Positions 1 through 14,265 are shown, numbered from the stretch's first letter. The stretch: DNA of 64,000 nucleotides from Octopus vulgaris (GCA_951406725.2 OX597814.1:49724001-49788000); one strand, 5' to 3'. Program-made: numbers and translations. The notes: generated by a model from the sequence alone, not told the origin.

Positions 1-560
1 GTTAACTTTTGATTCGTTCAGTAGAATATATAATCTTTCAAAAGTGGCTACATTTGATGAAGATTACTGGTTTGACATTTAGATAATATGTGGATTTATA
101 AATGTTTTTATGTATTAGGTTCTTTTTAGCTACGAATAATAATTTCCGAATGACCAGCATCTTTAGAGGTTCTTCCAGTTGATGTTAAATGTAGTAGCAA
201 TTTTGTATTAATGTTTTCTACATTTCTGAAGGACTAAATATGGTTAAAATATTGCTATTTGAATTTATTTTCCACCATAAATATGTAGTTTTTATGTTGA
301 ATTTTTAGGATTAATTTGGTGGTGGTAACTTCTGCCTCGTTGATTATCACTTCATCGTTGCAAAGGCTTGTTACCAAGATTTTCATATTGGTGATACAAC
401 TGTGTTCGGCAATGGAAAAATGTTCCTGCCATCTCTGACGTGAACAATTATTGGATAATCGTCCAATTACCTAATATTCTGTGCGAAAAACGATTGGTGA
501 GATCGATTGGAATTTTGCAAACCAATTTGGTACTGTCTGCTGTGTAATAACATTAGAATG
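1..560 (-). pseudogene. Degraded Penelope-like GIY-YIG region
   Basis: Remnants IINEAEVTT...NKFK..YFNH..SFRN resemble Penelope endonuclease segments. Confidence 0.4.
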
Positions 561-1089
561 AAATACTCCATTAATATTCCGAGCTGTCTGTGATGCTGTA
601 TTTCCAAGAAAGAACTCTATTTCAAAACTGTACGAATTTCCGACTTATCTATCTCTAAACAAAAATAGCAAAAAACAAACAAAAAAAACGATTTATAAAT
701 ACTTTATAAAGTGCAAAATGAGTTAGAATAGAGAAATAGATGTGTCAGCTTTCTAACAAAATAAAAGATAAAGATTGTCAAAATATAATAATGGCGCAAA
801 ATGAGCAGCTGTCAAAGTTTACCATATACCTTACTACAAATTTCATACTTGACGACCTAATAGTTACTAGATTTTTGTTAGTATCTAGAGAGTTGGTAGC
901 ACTGATCGTAAGCGACATTCGTTTTGAATAAGTTCTTCGCTCCACCTCCGGAAGCAGATATTGATGCTGATGATCTCTACAAGATAAGTTACATTCGCGT
1001 TGTAGTTAGTGAAGCAAAGAAAGGCAAGATGATTGCGTGAGGCATCATCAAATGTTTGTCTGGTACTCTGAAAAATATATATATATAAA

Positions 1090-1790
1090 TTTAACACTGT
1101 GTTCACGAGTCGAGATTAGTTCATTATTACTGCATGCAGTAATGTTGATAGACTTACCTTTGTTTTTTGCAGAAGTGATTCGAGAATAATGTAATATTTT
1201 CAGTTTGACGTTGCTTGAAAGAATTCAGCTATAGTGGTCTAATAAACGCCACAGTCACTCATATCTAAGGGACACGACTCAGCGTAACGTTATCTCCTCT
1301 TTACTATGATCTGTTTGTATTGTGTTAGAGGATATTGTAGTTATGCAGTGAAATAATTTTTCTCATAGAATATATAGAATAACTGGCTTTGATATTGTCC
1401 CTGTTGAATAATTTATAAAGCTTGTTGTCTTTCTGGAAGTGTTTGTTGATTAAAGATAGAAATTATTTTGCCACGCAGGTTATAACGTTCTTGCTGAACG
1501 TGAACGTTCTTGTATATAATCCATCCACTACAAAAGAAAAATAAAAAAGCACTAGGGAGAGAAATACGATCTGTTTCAATCAACCGTGTTCAGTAAGAAC
1601 GTTATAACCTTCGGGGCAAAACAATTCCTCTCCTTAATCAACAAACATTTCCACAGACATCAAACTTCATAAATTATTCAACAGGAAAAATTATTTCGTT
1701 GCATAACTACAGAATCCTTCAGCAGAATAAAAATAGAACAAACCGAAGAGGAGATAACTGCAAGTGTCGAAACAACCATGCCGCGTATAT
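1090..1790. mobile_element. Two Penelope-like fragments in inverted orientation (1290-1500 minus, 1560-1790 plus)
   Basis: The plus arm reads ..FN...FSKNVIT..KQFLSLINKHF..SKLHKLFNR (Penelope post-RT region) across frameshifts. The minus arm is its reverse complement and continues to NNELISTREH. Confidence 0.65.
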
Positions 1791-2182
1791 GACACTTTTG
1801 GTGCACTGACAACTATATCGCCCCACCCATTAAATTAAACATTGAAAATAACACAATTGTATACTCACAGTTTGAGAGAGAGAAAGAGAGAGAGAGAGAG
1901 GGACAGAGAGAGAAAAGAAGAGACTGAGAGTGAGAAAGAGGGAGAGAGAGAAAGAGAGAGCGCGAGATGGAAACTTGACTTAGATCTCTTACTCTGGAAT
2001 GTTTATGTATTATGGACAGGTTTTTGAGTTGTATAAAAACGCACAATTCTTTACAATGACTGACCAATTTCCTCTCGGTAAAAAGTCACTTAACTGTACT
2101 CCCAGCTTCCTCGGTGAAAATATGAACTGTAAACAAGCATTGAGATCGATTTCTTCAACCTGTACCTAGCATGAAACAGGTT

Positions 2183-2279
2183 TGCATGTATGTATGTATG
2201 TATGTATGTATGTATGTATGTATGTATGTATGTATGTATGTATGTATATATACATACATGTATATATTTATATACATAC

Positions 2280-2315
<36 letters not shown>

Positions 2316-2316
2316 G

Positions 2317-2392
<76 letters not shown>
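2183..2392. repeat. (ATGT)n/(AT)n microsatellite, representative of many
   Basis: Similar tracts: (TA)n 5505-5627; (TCTA)n 5896-5995, 33390-33593, 55085-55195, 59698-59935; (ATGT/GT)n 14138-14410; (CA)n 31972-32052 and 35838-35948; (TCT/TAT)n 40411-40641; (TAA/TGA)n 41666-41840; (TAA)n 55871-55938. Confidence 0.95.
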
Positions 2393-2394
<2 letters not shown>

Positions 2395-2552
2395 GTGGTT
2401 ATTGACGATTTAAAGTCTATCCTCGGCATATTTGGCATTGGAATTTTTTCTTTTGTCGTTGTTTATAAGTTGTTTATAAATTTCACCTTCAAAGGTATTT
2501 TTTAATATGTTGGCCACTGATAAATTTTTTCTTTTGAAAATTTTATCCCATA

Positions 2553-2950
2553 TCTTTATATATAAAAGTGAAATTGTGTGTCTGTCTCCTACGATTTAGA
2601 TTCCTAACTACTCCCACATTTTGCGGTGCAGTTTAACCAAAACCGGGTATCTTATAGTCGTGATTCATATCGAGCTCTTCTGAGTATTAGCGCGCATCTA
2701 TGATAAGTCTACGATTTAAAAAAAAATTTACCATCATTTTTTTCCATTTTAATGAATTTGTTTCGCTATTATATAGGGGAAGTAACTCTCTAAAAATGTC
2801 TACGATGAGTCAACGATTTAAAAAAAAATTTACCATCATTTTTTTTCCATTTTTAATGCATTTTTTTGCTATTTTTGGCTATAACTCTCTAAAAATGCTT
2901 ATATAGTTATTTCCCTTACAAACCCGAGCAACGCCGGGCGATACTGTTAG
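2553..2950 (+). mobile_element. Non-autonomous Helitron, copy 1
   Basis: A|TC start. Subterminal hairpin CCCG-AGCAACGC-CGGG. End GTTAG|T (CTAG variant). No TSD. Homologous to 49758-50267. Confidence 0.8.
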
Positions 2951-3239
2951 TTATATATATATATAGTTATGTACACGCGCGCACCCATACACATTTATAT
3001 CTAAATCTATATCTATATCTGTATATTGGAAAATGTGTGAGATCCTTGGTACAGTTAGGTATATTTGAATAAAGAAAAAGTATGACTTCAATGATAGTTC
3101 TAATCAGTTTAATTATATTATTTAAAAATTTTTTTAATTATACAAATTAAAAATAATAAATTAAACTGATTAGAATTACCATTGGAGTAATTTTTTTTGT
3201 TTTTTCAAATATATCTCTGGATGTGTGTGTATATATATA

Positions 3240-4410
3240 TGGGGAGAGTTCACGAAAAAAACAAAAGACGAAGACAGGTGCTGTAGAAAACAAACAGATG
3301 TATTAGTATAATGCTCATCTACAAAGAAAGAAAAAAATGTGTGTAGTGGCTACTGATCTATCATGGCGACTGCCGGACAGAAGGGTCACACAGGAGAGCG
3401 AAGAAGTAGGGGAGATAACAAAGTAAAGATGAACCTCACAACGAAGGTGCGTGCGTGTATAAGAGAGTACGTGTGTGCGTGTGAAAGAGGGCTGGTGGTC
3501 TTGACGTGTTCGTGTGTGTATGTGTAGGTGTGAAAATGTGAGGATGGGAATTGGTCAGTGCTGGTGTGTGGGTGGTGTGTTGTGATATGATGTGTAGTGT
3601 GGTGCGATGTTGTTGGGAGGTGGGTGAGGCGAGAATGGGAAAGCACGGGTGGGGTGTGGGTTAGGCTGCGGGTTGGGGTGGAGTTGGGGTATGTGGGTAG
3701 GCAGAGGGTGGGGCTTGTGGGTAGGCAGAGGGTGGGCGTAGAGGTGGGGTATGTGGGAGAAGATGTAAGGGATGGGATGGGGTAGGATGGGATGGGAAGG
3801 ATAGGGAAGGTGGATTAGGAATGTGTAGGGGTGGGTTGGGTTCATGGGGGGTTGACGATGAAGGGGAAGGGGAAGGTGAGTATGTAGGAAGAGAGAGAGT
3901 AAGAGAGAAGAGAGAAGAGAGAAAGAGAGTAAGAGAGAAAGAGAGAGTGAGAGAGTAAGAGAGAAGAGAGAAAGAGAGTAAGAGAGAAGAGAGAAAAAGA
4001 GTAAGACAGAAAGAGAGAGTGAGAGAGTAAGAGAGAAGAGAGAAAGAGAGAGTGAGAGAGTAAGAGAGAAGAGAGAAGAGAGAAGAGAGAAAGAGAGTAG
4101 GAGTGAAGAGAGTAGGAGTGAAGAGACGTAGTAGTCAGAGCAAGAGAGGGGATGTAGGTGGGATTGGGAGAAACGTAAGGGGAGGAGGTTAGATGACGAG
4201 GGGAGGGGAGTTGAGCCCAAATGGTATAAAGGAGCGAAGAGAGAAGATTAATCCCTGTTCACGGCGCAAATGTGTGTAACTACATGAGTGTACATGTTTG
4301 GATGAAGAAAAGGGAAAATTTTTACACTGTGCGATCATTTGTGCTTCTACACACGTTATAAAAAAACTATGAGTAATGACGGACGGGGTGTGAATCGCTA
4401 ACACTGAATG
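3240..4410 (-). mobile_element. Penelope-like 3' end with a purine-rich, low-complexity terminal region
   Basis: HPVRHY..LRREQGLIFSLRSFIPFGLNSPP resembles a GIY-YIG C-terminus. 3240-3640 is a diverged inverted copy of 5100-5490. Confidence 0.55.
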
Positions 4411-4439
4411 AATATATATGCGGCTGTATCTCTCCCTTT

Positions 4440-4509
<70 letters not shown>

Positions 4510-5013
4510 TTCTTCCTTCATCCTTCTCTAATCCCCCTTTTCTCCCCTCCCTCATTCACCTTTTTCTATATATCTCTCTCTCTCCTCCTTTATCCTTTTT
4601 TCTCTCTCTCCTGTTGCTCATTCATGACCATCGTCCATCTTTCTTTTCCTGCATGTCTTTTCTCTTTCTCTTCTATTTTTTGAAAAAAATGAGTTTCTCC
4701 CAGCGTTCACTATTTCTCTCTCGTTGTAGTCGAAAGACCTTCCATGTTTGTTTTCGTTCGGTTTCTTTGTATGTCTCCACTGTCATGTTTTTGTTCCCAG
4801 TTTTGACCCTCCATAAATCCTAAATTTTATCTTAGAATTTATGGGAGCAACTGTCTTTGAAGACTCATATTGTCGGTGAATGCTCGAAATGAGGAGGAGA
4901 TAGACAGCCGACAACTGATGAAAGGTCCTTTCTCTGTGTTTACTTGTCCTGTTTTACATTTCTCTTGTGGTTTACGTATTTCATGTTAACGGATTATTGG
5001 TGACGTCCCGTAT

Positions 5014-5085
<72 letters not shown>

Positions 5086-5099
5086 GTGTGTGTGCGCGT

Positions 5100-5490
5100 A
5101 TATTACACCGCATCACACACCACCACCCCACCACACACCACCATACCACAACACATCACACCACCCCTACACACACTAGCACTGATCACTTCCCAGCACC
5201 CATACCAGCGAACACACGCACATACATGCTCTCACATACGTACCTTCGTTTTGGGATCACCACTACTTTATTATCTCCCCTTCTTCCTAGCTCTCCTGTG
5301 TGACCCCTCTGTCCGACATCGCTATCCACTAAACCTTTTCTATTTTTCTCCCTGTTTATTCCTGTGTTCCTTTCGGTCGAAGAGCATAGGCTCGAAGCGT
5401 AAAAGACTTTCTCACTTCCCGAGCGTTAAACTAATACATCTGCATGTTGTTTACACACTCGTCTTCATCTTTTATAAATTCTCACTATAT
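5100..5490 (+). mobile_element. Penelope-like terminal repeat fragment with a degenerate hammerhead (5370-5405)
   Basis: Inverted homology to 3240-3640. Motif CTTT-CGGTCGA-A-GAGC-ATAG-GCTC-GAAGCGTA-AAAG. Confidence 0.55.
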
Positions 5491-5501
5491 GTATATATAT
5501 T

Positions 5502-5609
<108 letters not shown>

Positions 5610-5628
5610 TATATACATATATATATAT

Positions 5629-5995
<367 letters not shown>

Positions 5996-6000
5996 AAACA

Positions 6001-6400
6001 TTGTTTTATCAGTTTCAGCTCAAAGCTGTGGCCATACTGAGGCACCGCCGTTTTGCTACACTTTTATTCTTGAGAGCCTCCTCTGATATGTGGCATTTGG
6101 TGAATAAGAGAGTTTGACGTCGCTACCCTCATTTGCGCTTCATGCCGCGAGGTAGTTTCATCTGGGACTCACGACAGGAAGAGATCCAGTTTTGATTTGA
6201 AAACACCTATATCTACTTTGTCTAGGTCTCTCAGGCTCTTTGGAAGAATATTAAAAAGTTGTGGGGCCCTGAAACCTAGGCTGTTGCAGTAACTGGTCCT
6301 GAAGCGCGACGGCATTGCTGGGATCTTTGGCACTGCGCAGGGGCGACTCATTCTGGCATTTGTGTAGCTTTCAATGCCAAAATTTGGCATAATCTCTTCC
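6001..6400 (-). mobile_element. 5'-truncated 3' fragment of the same CR1-type LINE family
   Basis: Colinear with 8290-8680: VPKIPAMPSRF.TSYCNSLGF..PQ..NILPK and the same 3' tail. Confidence 0.85.
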
Positions 6401-6405
6401 ATATA

Positions 6406-7789
6406 TAATAGCGAGCAAAAAAAAAAAAGACAACGATTCATATTTTTTAAAAATTCGGAAAAGCCAGTAAACGTACAAATTCTTAATTGGTTTCGTAAAT
6501 ACGGTTAACCAATAGTTAAAGTCTGAAAAATCTAAGTTTGTACAATGGTCTTAATAAAGGTTAATAGCACTAAAACTAATTTCATCCAAATGTCTCTTGT
6601 GCAAAAGAAGAGAACAATCAAACCAAAAACTGCTTCAATTATCTCAAAACCATATAATAATGATTGAAAGAAAAGTAAATATGAACTTAATACAGTTAGT
6701 ATGATGTTTGTAGACCTTTGTTGGAGACCACCTCAGCACATCGATTGCCACAGGAGATAACAAGTTCCCTGCACAAGTCAGGTGTTACTTTCTTCCATTC
6801 CTCTTCTAATATCTCCCATAAATTCGTTGTAGTAGTTGGTGCCGTTTGTGTTACTCTGTCTCCAAGTATCTTCCAAAAGTTTTCTATTGGATTAAGTCTG
6901 GACTTTATGCTGGCCACTTCATTACTTGGATATTTTGTTCACTAAATAATCCAGTGATAGGCCTTGCAGTATGAGAAGAGGAGTTATCTTGCATGAAAAT
7001 GCACGGTTGATTCAGAAATGTTCGTAATGATGGGATCACATGCTGTTTAACCAAATTCAAATAGATATTAGCATTAAAAGTCCCTTTAATCTGCACTAGA
7101 GGGCCAACTCCTTCAGAAGAAATCATTCCCCACACCATGACGCTTCCTCCTCTAAACTTGGCAGATTTCTTCAGGCACTTGGATTTTAGCCGATCTTCTG
7201 CGAAGTGCCTAACATACCGTCTACCAACTGAACCTACTAAATTGAATTTGCTTTCATCGCTAAAATGAACTTTTGACCAGTTTTCCTCCCTCCATTTCAC
7301 CTGAGCTTCTGCAAACGAAAGCCTTTCCAATTTGTTCTTCTTGCTGATGGTCGGTTTCGTTGCCGGAGAACAAGTCTTTAATCCATTATTTACTTTTATT
7401 TTCTTAGAAATTCTTACCGCAGTCTCGAAAGTATCCTTCAATACGTACCGTTTCATGACTCCATTATCTTGCATGGTGGTTTTGCGTGGTCTACCAGTTG
7501 CCTTTTTTTGTTCAAATCCTTTAGTTTTTCATAGAGCTTAAGAACATGTGAAACTACACAATAAGATCTCCTTACGTCTCGTGAAATACCGAGAGAGTCA
7601 TTCCTGAAACTTACATCTTGACAATTTCTTTTCGGAGATCGAGAGTAAATTCAGCATGGTGTGCCATATTCGGAAGCTAGCACAATACCGAGACGGTAGT
7701 AAGGTTGAGCTTGCAAATGTAAACAATGTTTGAAATTTCCAGAAATTTCTGAAGGTAACTAATCGTCCCCTTTTTTTTGCTCGCTACTG
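6406..7789 (-). mobile_element. Tc1-family DNA transposon with a frameshifted transposase, both TIRs and TA flanks
   Basis: Motifs WSKVHFSDESKFNL, GGSVMVWG, FMQDNSSSH, WPA..LNPIENFW. TIR (C/T)A(G/A)TAGCGAGCAAAAAAA at 6406 and inverted ending 7789, each next to TA. Confidence 0.9.
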
Positions 7790-7799
7790 TATATATTAA

Positions 7800-7907
7800 A
7801 GTTAGATAAGGCCGCTTTATGGGATTACCTTAGGTTTCATGTCCATAAAGGGCTAAACTTTATGGACGTGAAACCTAAGATAATCCCATAAACCTGCCTT
7901 ATCTAAC
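7800..7907. repeat. ~108-bp near-perfect palindrome
   Basis: AGTTAGATAAGGC..TTTATGGGATTA.CTTAGGTTTCA.GTCCATAAAG, loop GGCTAAA, then the reverse complement. Confidence 0.9.
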
Positions 7908-7929
7908 TATACATACATACATACATACA

Positions 7930-8019
<90 letters not shown>

Positions 8020-8280
8020 GACATACATATATGTGTATATATGTGGGGCGCGCGTAGAAACTCTACGAGCCACATGGTCTGAAAATTCTTATATTTGTTC
8101 GTATATATATCCTCACACACATGAACTTAAAAATGTCTCTCTATCATACATACATGGTTACACGCATATAGATATGCATATATATCTATATATTATATCG
8201 CCTCGGTTTTCGAACAACTCTGATCACGAACAAATCGTGCTTTATATATATAAAGTTCGATCAGGTACTACTGTAAATAT

Positions 8281-11200
8281 TTTATATTTTATGTTTTACC
8301 AGTTTCAGCTCAAAGCTGTGGCCATGCTGGGGCACTGCTGTTTTGCTACATTATTATTACTTAGAGCCTCCACTCATATGTGGCATTTGGGGAATAACGA
8401 AGTTTGATGTCGTTACCCTCATTTGTACCTCCTACCGCAAGATAGATTCATCTAGGAAAGAGATCCAGTTTAGATTTGAAAACACCTAAATCCACTTTGT
8501 GTAGGTTCCGCAGTCATTTTGGGAGAATATTAAGAGGCTGTGGGTCCTTGAAACCCAGGCTGTTGCAGTAACTAGTAATGAAGCGCGACGGCATTGCTGG
8601 GATCTTTGGCACTGTGGAGTGGCGACCCATTCTGGCATTTGTGTAGTTTTCAATGCTAATATTTGCCACAATCTTTTCCAGGATCTTCCAGATGTATATT
8701 ACTGCATATCTCTCCCACCTTCGCTGCAGGGTGTAGTGTGTTAGCTGCTTCAGCCTTTCCCAGTAGCTGAGCTGTTGCAATGAGACGATCTTTATGAAAC
8801 TTCGCTGATTTGCATCAAGGTCCGCTGTTAATTTTACACTGTGGGGTGACCATAGCTGGGAGCAGTAGTCCAGGCATCTGAGGATGAATGTCCCCCAGAA
8901 GACTAACGTGGTTTCCTTCTCTCTGGTTCTGAAGGTTCTCAGGATCCATCAACCAGCGTCTGCACTTTGTTGCCATCTTGGTAATGTGCACTTGGAAAGA
9001 GGTGTCATTACTCATGTCGATACCAAGGTCCCGCACTGACTTAGGTTCTGGGATTGTAATCCCCTGTGGGCCAGTGTACCCTGTAAGTTTAACATTTAGT
9101 TTTGGGCGCTGTTAGCGTAGGATTTGGAAATTTCCACCATTAAACTGCATGTTATTATCCTTAGCCCATCTGTAAATTGCGTCCAACTCCTGCTGCAAGT
9201 GTGCAATATCGCTAGGGTTTTGTAATTTCTGCGAGACTTTCGTATCGTCTGCATTGCCAGCTAGGGGGGCTATCCGGGCAGCTGAGGGCATATCTGAGAA
9301 GGCCACTATGAAAAGCAGTGGTCTCAAGAAATTCCATGTGGAACACCACTGACTATTTGTGTTACCTTTGAGGTGGCTTCATTGGCCACCACTGCCTGAC
9401 TTCTATCTTTCAAAAAGTAATGTAACCACTCTCCAATTTTCCAGCAATTCCGAGATCACGCGATCCACTTTATCAAAAGTCCACATTTGAGTTGTTGAGT
9501 AACTGCCTCAACATCCAGTCATAGAGCTGTAGGAGCAGGGTCAGTCAGCTCCTACCCGGTCGAAAACTATGCTGGGTATCACTCAGCAAGCCATTTGCAA
9601 GAAAACTCTGGAAGAGAGTCTGTAGTGGTTTCGGCAGGGCACGCTTATACGATTTGAGGAGGATTACTGGGAAACCATCAGGGCCAGCAGTTGTGTTTGC
9701 GCCCACCTCATCTATGGCTAGTCTTATATCTTCTTCACCAATGTTGATGTAATCCACCGTAACTGCCTCGCTGGTTATAGTTGAGGCGGCAAAGAAATCA
9801 ATCCACTGGTTCGTTCACTTGTCTGTGTTCCAACGGGGTGGTAAAAGTACTTTTGAACTGGTCGTTCAGAACCTCATGGATCCTGGTTGAGTTATCTGTG
9901 AGGAGGCTTTGGGGTTTGACTCGATATTTTTTATAACCCAAGTGTCTTTGTCTGCTCTCTCCCTCACATAGGATTGTTGTAGGCTTTTTTCAGTCTCCAT
10001 TAGTGTTGTTTTTAGGTGGGACCTTTCACTACTTTTGGTTGGTTGAAGCGATTTGCAACCTTCACCCGTCGTCTCATGAGGATCTTCCTCTCTCTTGGAA
10101 TCTTGTTCGTTTTGTGTTGGCCTTGTGCTCTGGCATATGGTTTGCATAACAGACATGAAATATTCTAGTTTCATGCCAATATCTGTTGTGGAGAGACATT
10201 TCGGTCTGTCCTGTCTGAGGATCTCTTTTTGGATCGATTTCCAGTCTGCTTCGTGGAAGTTCAGACTGGAGAGATTTTGAGTGCTTCCTTTAGGCTGTAT
10301 GTCTCTGGCTAATTTTGGTCCATACATAGTTCTATTATATTGGGATCCTAAACTAATGTCTTCGTCACTTTCACATTATGATCGATGTCCATATTGTGTG
10401 TAAAGCAGAGATCCAAAAATGTTATTCACCCTAATCGGTCTGAGCACATCTTGTTCTATGAATAGGGCTTTAGTGAGGTTGAGCAGGGACTTGTACTTGT
10501 TTGCAATGAGTTATTCCTGAGAGCAAGAAGCCTTCGGGTCATTTGACATTGGGGAAGTTGAAATCACCTATAAGAAACACGCACACGTGATATGAGGATG
10601 TCTTTTATTCTTGCGAGGCAATCTTCAAACTTGCCTATGTGGTTTGGAGCAGCTGGTGGGCGATATGTATTGCATATGACTATATTGCGTTGCCTTATAT
10701 ATACAACTTGTGTCATATACTGAATAATTTGAGTATGACAGTAGGACTTGGGGTGTGAGGTCCTCACGGATGTATACAGGAACTCCACAGTGGCCTTCTT
10801 TTTATTTCTGTTTGTTCGTAGTGTGGTATATTTTGGAACGTGTACTTCTGCATCCTCTATATCAGGACTCAGATGAGTTTCCACGAGTGCTATGCATAGG
10901 GCTTGATTGCATGCAGCAAGGTCTCTCAGAAAAAAAAATTGCATTTGTTGTTGTGATGCAACAGGCCTCCAATATTTAGTAAAAATATTGGTGTGACAAC
11001 TGTGCAGGCTTTAGGGGAGGCCATCTCGTGCCTGTTGATTGTGGTGGTCTTGCGCCGTGGTGGATAAGGTTCCGTGCTTGCGCTTGATGTAGCCAGGTCA
11101 GCTGCTGCACAATCTTTTGCGCCATGCACAAAAAGACTCTTGCTCAGCTACTACCTTGTGCATAATATCTGAAGCGCGCACTGCATTTGCATACTTTCTC

Positions 11201-11790
11201 TTTGGAGACGGTTAATGCTTTCCCCAGGAAAGTATTTCTCCTTAAGACTCCTACAATTTTGGCGGGGTCTCGGAGTGAACAAACCGGCAGTTTGTGCCGT
11301 CTTCCTCATCCCAACATTTGCCTTGCAGATAAAATTTGCATGTCCTTGTCTTCACTCCAAATTTTTTCTCTCTTCTGTAGTTTCGGATTCCATTGGTGCC
11401 TCCATATTTGAGTTGCTTTTTGTTTTTTATTTGGTGGTTTTGGGTTTCGGTTTTAGTTTCATCTTTTCCTTTTCCTTTCTCTCCCCTTCCTTCTTTATGT
11501 TTGTGGTACTGGTTTTTCCTTCCTTCACAGGTGGTAGCCCTTATATTCCTCTGGTTTTCTATAGAGGTGAGTGCTCCATTCTTTTGTGGGACTACTGGCA
11601 TAGAGGGATTTCTGGTTGTTGCTTCTTCCTCTTCCCTATCTTTATCAACCTGGTTGATTACAGGGGTGGGGGATCCATTCTTTGGTGGAACCACCGAATC
11701 AGAGGGTCTTCTGATTCTGGCTTCATCTTCCCTATTCTTATCACTGTTATTTTCCATGATGACATCAAGAGTCAATGTGTGGTCTAATAA
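8281..11790 (-). mobile_element. Degraded CR1/L2-superclade LINE: ORF1 remnant with CCCH finger, APE endonuclease, RT, 3' tail
   Basis: Broken ORFs: ALVETHLSPDI..YRPP (APE, 10564-10944); TAGPDGFP and QHSFRPGRS (9545-9757); PLLF..ADDTK..WAKDNNMQFN (9112-9327); RDLGI (8815-9036); LSYWERLKQL..TLQRR (8514-8780). ORF1 contains CKFYLQGKC-x8-CRFVH. Confidence 0.85.
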
Positions 11791-12561
11791 GCGCGTAAGA
11801 TCGGATATGCATATATTTATAAAAAATAATTAGAATGGTTGAAAATCATTAAATTTATATTATATGAATTGTACAGGTTTTATTTTAACATAGGAGGTAA
11901 ATAATTCTATTATATGTCTATATATGTGAAGATAGAGATACAGGATTGTGTTTTCGTTTAAAAAGTGTTTTCATAACAGTTTTCCTTATAATAGTGTATA
12001 TTTTCAGAAGGTGAGTTTTTACACGTGCGCGTTTACACACACACACACACGCACACACACGCACACACACACAAAATAAAATTAAATGAAAATAAATAAA
12101 GAGACTGTAAGTTACATTTTACCGAATAGTTTTCCTATAGGAAAAAGTTTTCATACGAGCAAAGATTTTGCATAAAAGTTTTATTGAATAAATTTTAGTG
12201 ATGTTACATCCAAAATATCAGATAAAAACATGAAATAATAGAATTTTGTTTTTAAATAAAAGAGGGTTTTGCTTTTCCAGAAAGTATCTACTCAGGTTTT
12301 TTTGAAGATGTTATTCATGTTGTTTCTGATGTTGGTGTACTTGTTCCTGTTTTTATCAGACCAAACCCCGTGAAAGGATGGTGTAAACATATCTTAAGTT
12401 TATAATTCTAATTACTCCAATCCACATATGTATTGACAACTTTAAAAAGCATGATATCCATCTTTAGAAGAGCTTAAATTCATAGGGTTTTTCACAATTT
12501 TAGCAAAACTGAAAAATGTTGCAAAAAATTTACTGTGGTTGATTTAAACTCTTTAAAAGTA

Positions 12562-12688
12562 TACTCTTTTACTTGTTTCAGCCTGGTACTTATTCTATCG
12601 GTCTCTTTTGCTGAACCGCTAAGTTACGGGACGTAAACACACCAGCATCGGTTGTCAAGCGATGTTAGGGGGACAAACACAGACACAG

Positions 12689-12743
<55 letters not shown>

Positions 12744-12785
12744 CGACGGCTTCTTTCAGTTTCCGTCTACCAAATCTACTCACAA
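12562..12785 (-). mobile_element. SINE family A fragment
   Basis: Reverse complement of the body and tail, with an internal deletion. Confidence 0.75.
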
Positions 12786-12823
12786 ATAATTCGTCTACAG
12801 AGAGAGAGAGAGAGGGAGAGAGG

Positions 12824-12854
<31 letters not shown>

Positions 12855-13538
12855 CGAGAGAGAGAGAGAGAGGGAGAGAGCTGTATAATGTATATTCAAT
12901 GGAAGCAAAGCGTATATAATTAAAATCATTACATTCACATCAATGGTTTTATTGATGCAATGCCAGAACTCTTCAAGATTTGCAATTTAGTTCTGACAAT
13001 TTCTTCGACTTCCGCGTCTCTAGAGCGGTTCTCCTCACTTTTTTTTTGGCATTAAAGAGAAGTAAACTCTACCAGAGAAACAAAATAGAAGCGAAACGAT
13101 TTTCAGGGTTGAATCTGATATCAATTAACAAAGCTTTATCCAAAATCTAATTGAATTAGATGTCTATGATATATTGGATCTTGAAAGGTTCAAGAATTCA
13201 ACTTATGAATGAGGTAAGTAAATACTTGGTCCTGCTACGAAGCTAAATAGATACTCTTAAGGAAGTAATTAAAAAAAAAATGATTTAGTTGAAAATCTAT
13301 TGATTGACCAATATCGAACTTTACTGCACGTAACTGATACACGCACACACTCACACACACACATGTATGTATGTATATTTGTATGTACGCATGCATGTGT
13401 GATGTGTATACATGTGTACTCTTTCACTGTTTGCAGCGATATGGCTGTATCTATGCTGTTATATATATGTATATATAGGTAGGTATGCATGTGTATATAT
13501 ATATATACATACACACATATCAGTCACATGCAGGAAAA

Positions 13539-13594
<56 letters not shown>

Positions 13595-13606
13595 TTATAT
13601 ATATAT

Positions 13607-14125
13607 GTCATTATTCAGTTTATTTCAAGATTTTTTGCCAATAGAGAAAGAACCGGTTTCTAACCTAGATCCAAGGTTCCTTCATTGGAATTTTAACATC
13701 AACAACATGGTATTTTTGTTTGTATGTATATATGTATGCATGCATGCATGTATGTATGTATATAGTTGTGTGTATGTATGCATGTATGTGCAGATTTGTA
13801 TGTTTTATGTATGTGTTCTCATACATACAGTTGCATATCTAGACATGTTTCATATATATTTAAATGAGAAACTACTGGAAAGTTTTGCAGTTTTTTACAG
13901 TTTCAGTAGTGGATTGGATTTGTAGTATTTGAATTAGCTTTCTCCTTTCCGGTCTTGAGAAGCCCAGTTTCTCAAGATTGGTATTTAGGCAGTGTGTTAC
14001 ATATCGCAGGGCCCCAATAATAACAGGTCTAAACCTGAACTTGTAATCTGGATAGAGTAACTGCAGATTTCTCAATAGTTTAGCTTAGGTGTTCTCTTTT
14101 TTACTGATCTTCTGCTTTATGTTAA
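13607..14125 (-). mobile_element. 3' fragment of another RLE-type non-LTR element
   Basis: ORF 13872-14075 (LQLLYPDYKFRFRPVIIGAL...) carries the PVIIGALG-type C-terminal RLE motif. Confidence 0.6.
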
Positions 14126-14265
14126 CATCCGCTGGGCATGTATGTATGTATGTATGTATGTATGTATGTATGTATGTATGTATGTATGTATGTATGTATG
14201 TATGTATTATGTATGTATGTATGTGTGTGTGTGTGTGTGCATGTATGTATGTATGTATTTATGCA

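Noticed and set aside
2171-2505. Many ORFs made of YI, CMYV, HT, LSIY, poly-I, poly-M, poly-H or poly-Y runs across the window
   Set aside because: They are translations of microsatellites that happen to lack stop codons; there is no evidence of coding function.
12000-12020. TTTTCAG-AAG-GTGAGT as a 3-nt microexon
   Set aside because: Weak pyrimidine tract, no host gene context, and the motif is expected by chance.
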